The translations under genes and the position numbers were made by a program. 25,685 nt of DNA, taken from a virus (Duplodnaviria > Caudoviricetes). Below, one piece after another: positions 24,716 through 25,685 of this stretch (position 1 is the stretch's first letter; the number at the start of each line of letters is the position of its first letter). The notes beneath the pieces are model-generated. The model was not told where the DNA came from, did no database searches, and worked only from the letters and a program-made list of their open reading frames with translations. The DNA is taken from positions 1-25,685 of the IMG/VR virus record IMGVR_UViG_3300010376_000123; one strand, 5' to 3'.

Positions 24716-25685
24716 GCGACCAGGCGATCTACACGCCGCCGGACATCGTGGTCGACGCGGACTCGCTCCAGCAGGAGGCGTTCGACAGTGTCGAGGCGGC
24801 CGTCGACGGCTGGACGCCCGCCGAGGGCAACCTCGACGTGATCATCCTGGAGACAACCGCCAGGATGGCGGAGGAGGTCGCGCAGCTCGCGGTCGACGTG
24901 CCGTCCGCGATCATCACCTACCTCGGCCAGCTGCTCGGCGTCACCCCCAAGCCGGGCACCGCCGCGAGCTGTGATCTGCAGGTCACGGCGCAGGACTCGA
25001 ACGGCTACACGATGCCGAGCGGCACCCAGTACGAGCTGACGGACGCGGCGGGCGACGCCTACGTCTTCGCGACGACCGCGGCCGCCGCGATCGCGTCGGG
25101 CTCGACCCAGATGACCGTCGCCGTCGCCGCCGTCGACCCCGGCGCGGCGCAGTCCGGGATCACGCCCGCGATCGGGAACGTGACGCTGCTCGACCCGCTC
25201 TACTGGGTCTCGGCGACGACCCAGCTGACGACGACGAGCGGCGGCACCGACCCCGAGGACACCACCTCGTTCCTCGACCGGCTCACCCAGCAGCTGCAGC
25301 TGATGGCGCCGCGGCCGATCACGCCGCCGAACTTCCAGGTGATGGCGCGCCAGGTCGCGGGCGTCGACCGCGTCCTCGCGATCGACCTCTACCAGCCCGC
25401 CCAGGCCGCGAACGTGTACGGCCCGCCGATCGGCTCGGCCGGGGGCGTGTGCGTCCCCGCCCTCCCCGCGACGGCGGGGACGAACGTCGCGCGCTGCTGC
25501 ACCGTCGTCTGCGCGCACGCCGACGGGACGGCCTGCACCGCGACCGAGCTGGGCGCCGTCCGCGACCTGCTCGTCTCCGAGCGCGAGGTGAACTTCCTCG
25601 CCTACGCGATCCCGCCCGGCTCGCAGGCGCTCGCGATCGTCGTGCACGCCGTCGCCGCGAAGGGCTGGGCGGTCGCCGACGTCCA
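24712..25685 (+). CDS. Baseplate J-like protein, 3'-partial
   Basis: GTG 24712, open to the window end. WTPAEGNLDVIILE, LGQLLGV, GGTDPEDTTSFLDRL, ARQVAGVDRVLA. Confidence 0.85.
   Translation, partial: MSDQAIYTPPDIVVDADSLQQEAFDSVEAAVDGWTPAEGNLDVIILETTARMAEEVAQLAVDVPSAIITYLGQLLGVTPKPGTAASCDLQVTAQDSNGYTMPSGTQYELTDAAGDAYVFATTAAAAIASGSTQMTVAVAAVDPGAAQSGITPAIGNVTLLDPLYWVSATTQLTTTSGGTDPEDTTSFLDRLTQQLQLMAPRPITPPNFQVMARQVAGVDRVLAIDLYQPAQAANVYGPPIGSAGGVCVPALPATAGTNVARCCTVVCAHADGTACTATELGAVRDLLVSEREVNFLAYAIPPGSQALAIVVHAVAAKGWAVADV

Noticed and set aside
3561-25647. Many long minus-strand and alternate-frame ORFs in the track (e.g. 6770-8323, 8520-10391, 14162-15688, 15944-17557)
   Set aside because: They shadow well-supported + strand genes, are Arg/Gly/Pro-rich and lack motifs. 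This is expected from stop-codon scarcity at high GC.
14183-25685. Extracellular contractile injection system or tailocin
   Set aside because: Terminase, portal, protease and capsid genes lie directly upstream in the same gene run, so this is a phage.
1-25685. tRNA, rRNA or intrinsic terminators
   Set aside because: Intergenic gaps are very short. I saw no cloverleaf and no hairpin followed by a U-tract, though a covariance-model search was not run.

Overview
High-GC (visually about 70%+) tailed-phage or prophage segment, probably infecting an actinobacterium (inferred from GC content, TANNNT leaderless-type promoters and MTT-type N-termini). It is almost fully coding on the + strand, with ATGA/GTGA-coupled genes. 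Order: a few hypothetical genes; putative terminase small subunit; an inserted five-gene cassette with its own promoter; terminase large subunit; a 1058-aa portal-MuF-zeta-toxin-like kinase fusion with a small coupled downstream ORF; Mu-type protease/scaffold; decoration protein; major capsid; head-tail joining genes; contractile tail (sheath, tube, frameshifting chaperone, tape measure); LysM protein; hub-NlpC/P60; spike-collagen fusion; two paralogous fibre genes; a 37-aa HNH remnant; gp25-like wedge; and a baseplate J gene cut off by the window end. The most notable candidate system is the portal-anchored MuF/zeta-like kinase with a possible antitoxin. All product calls come from motif recognition by eye; no database searches were run.
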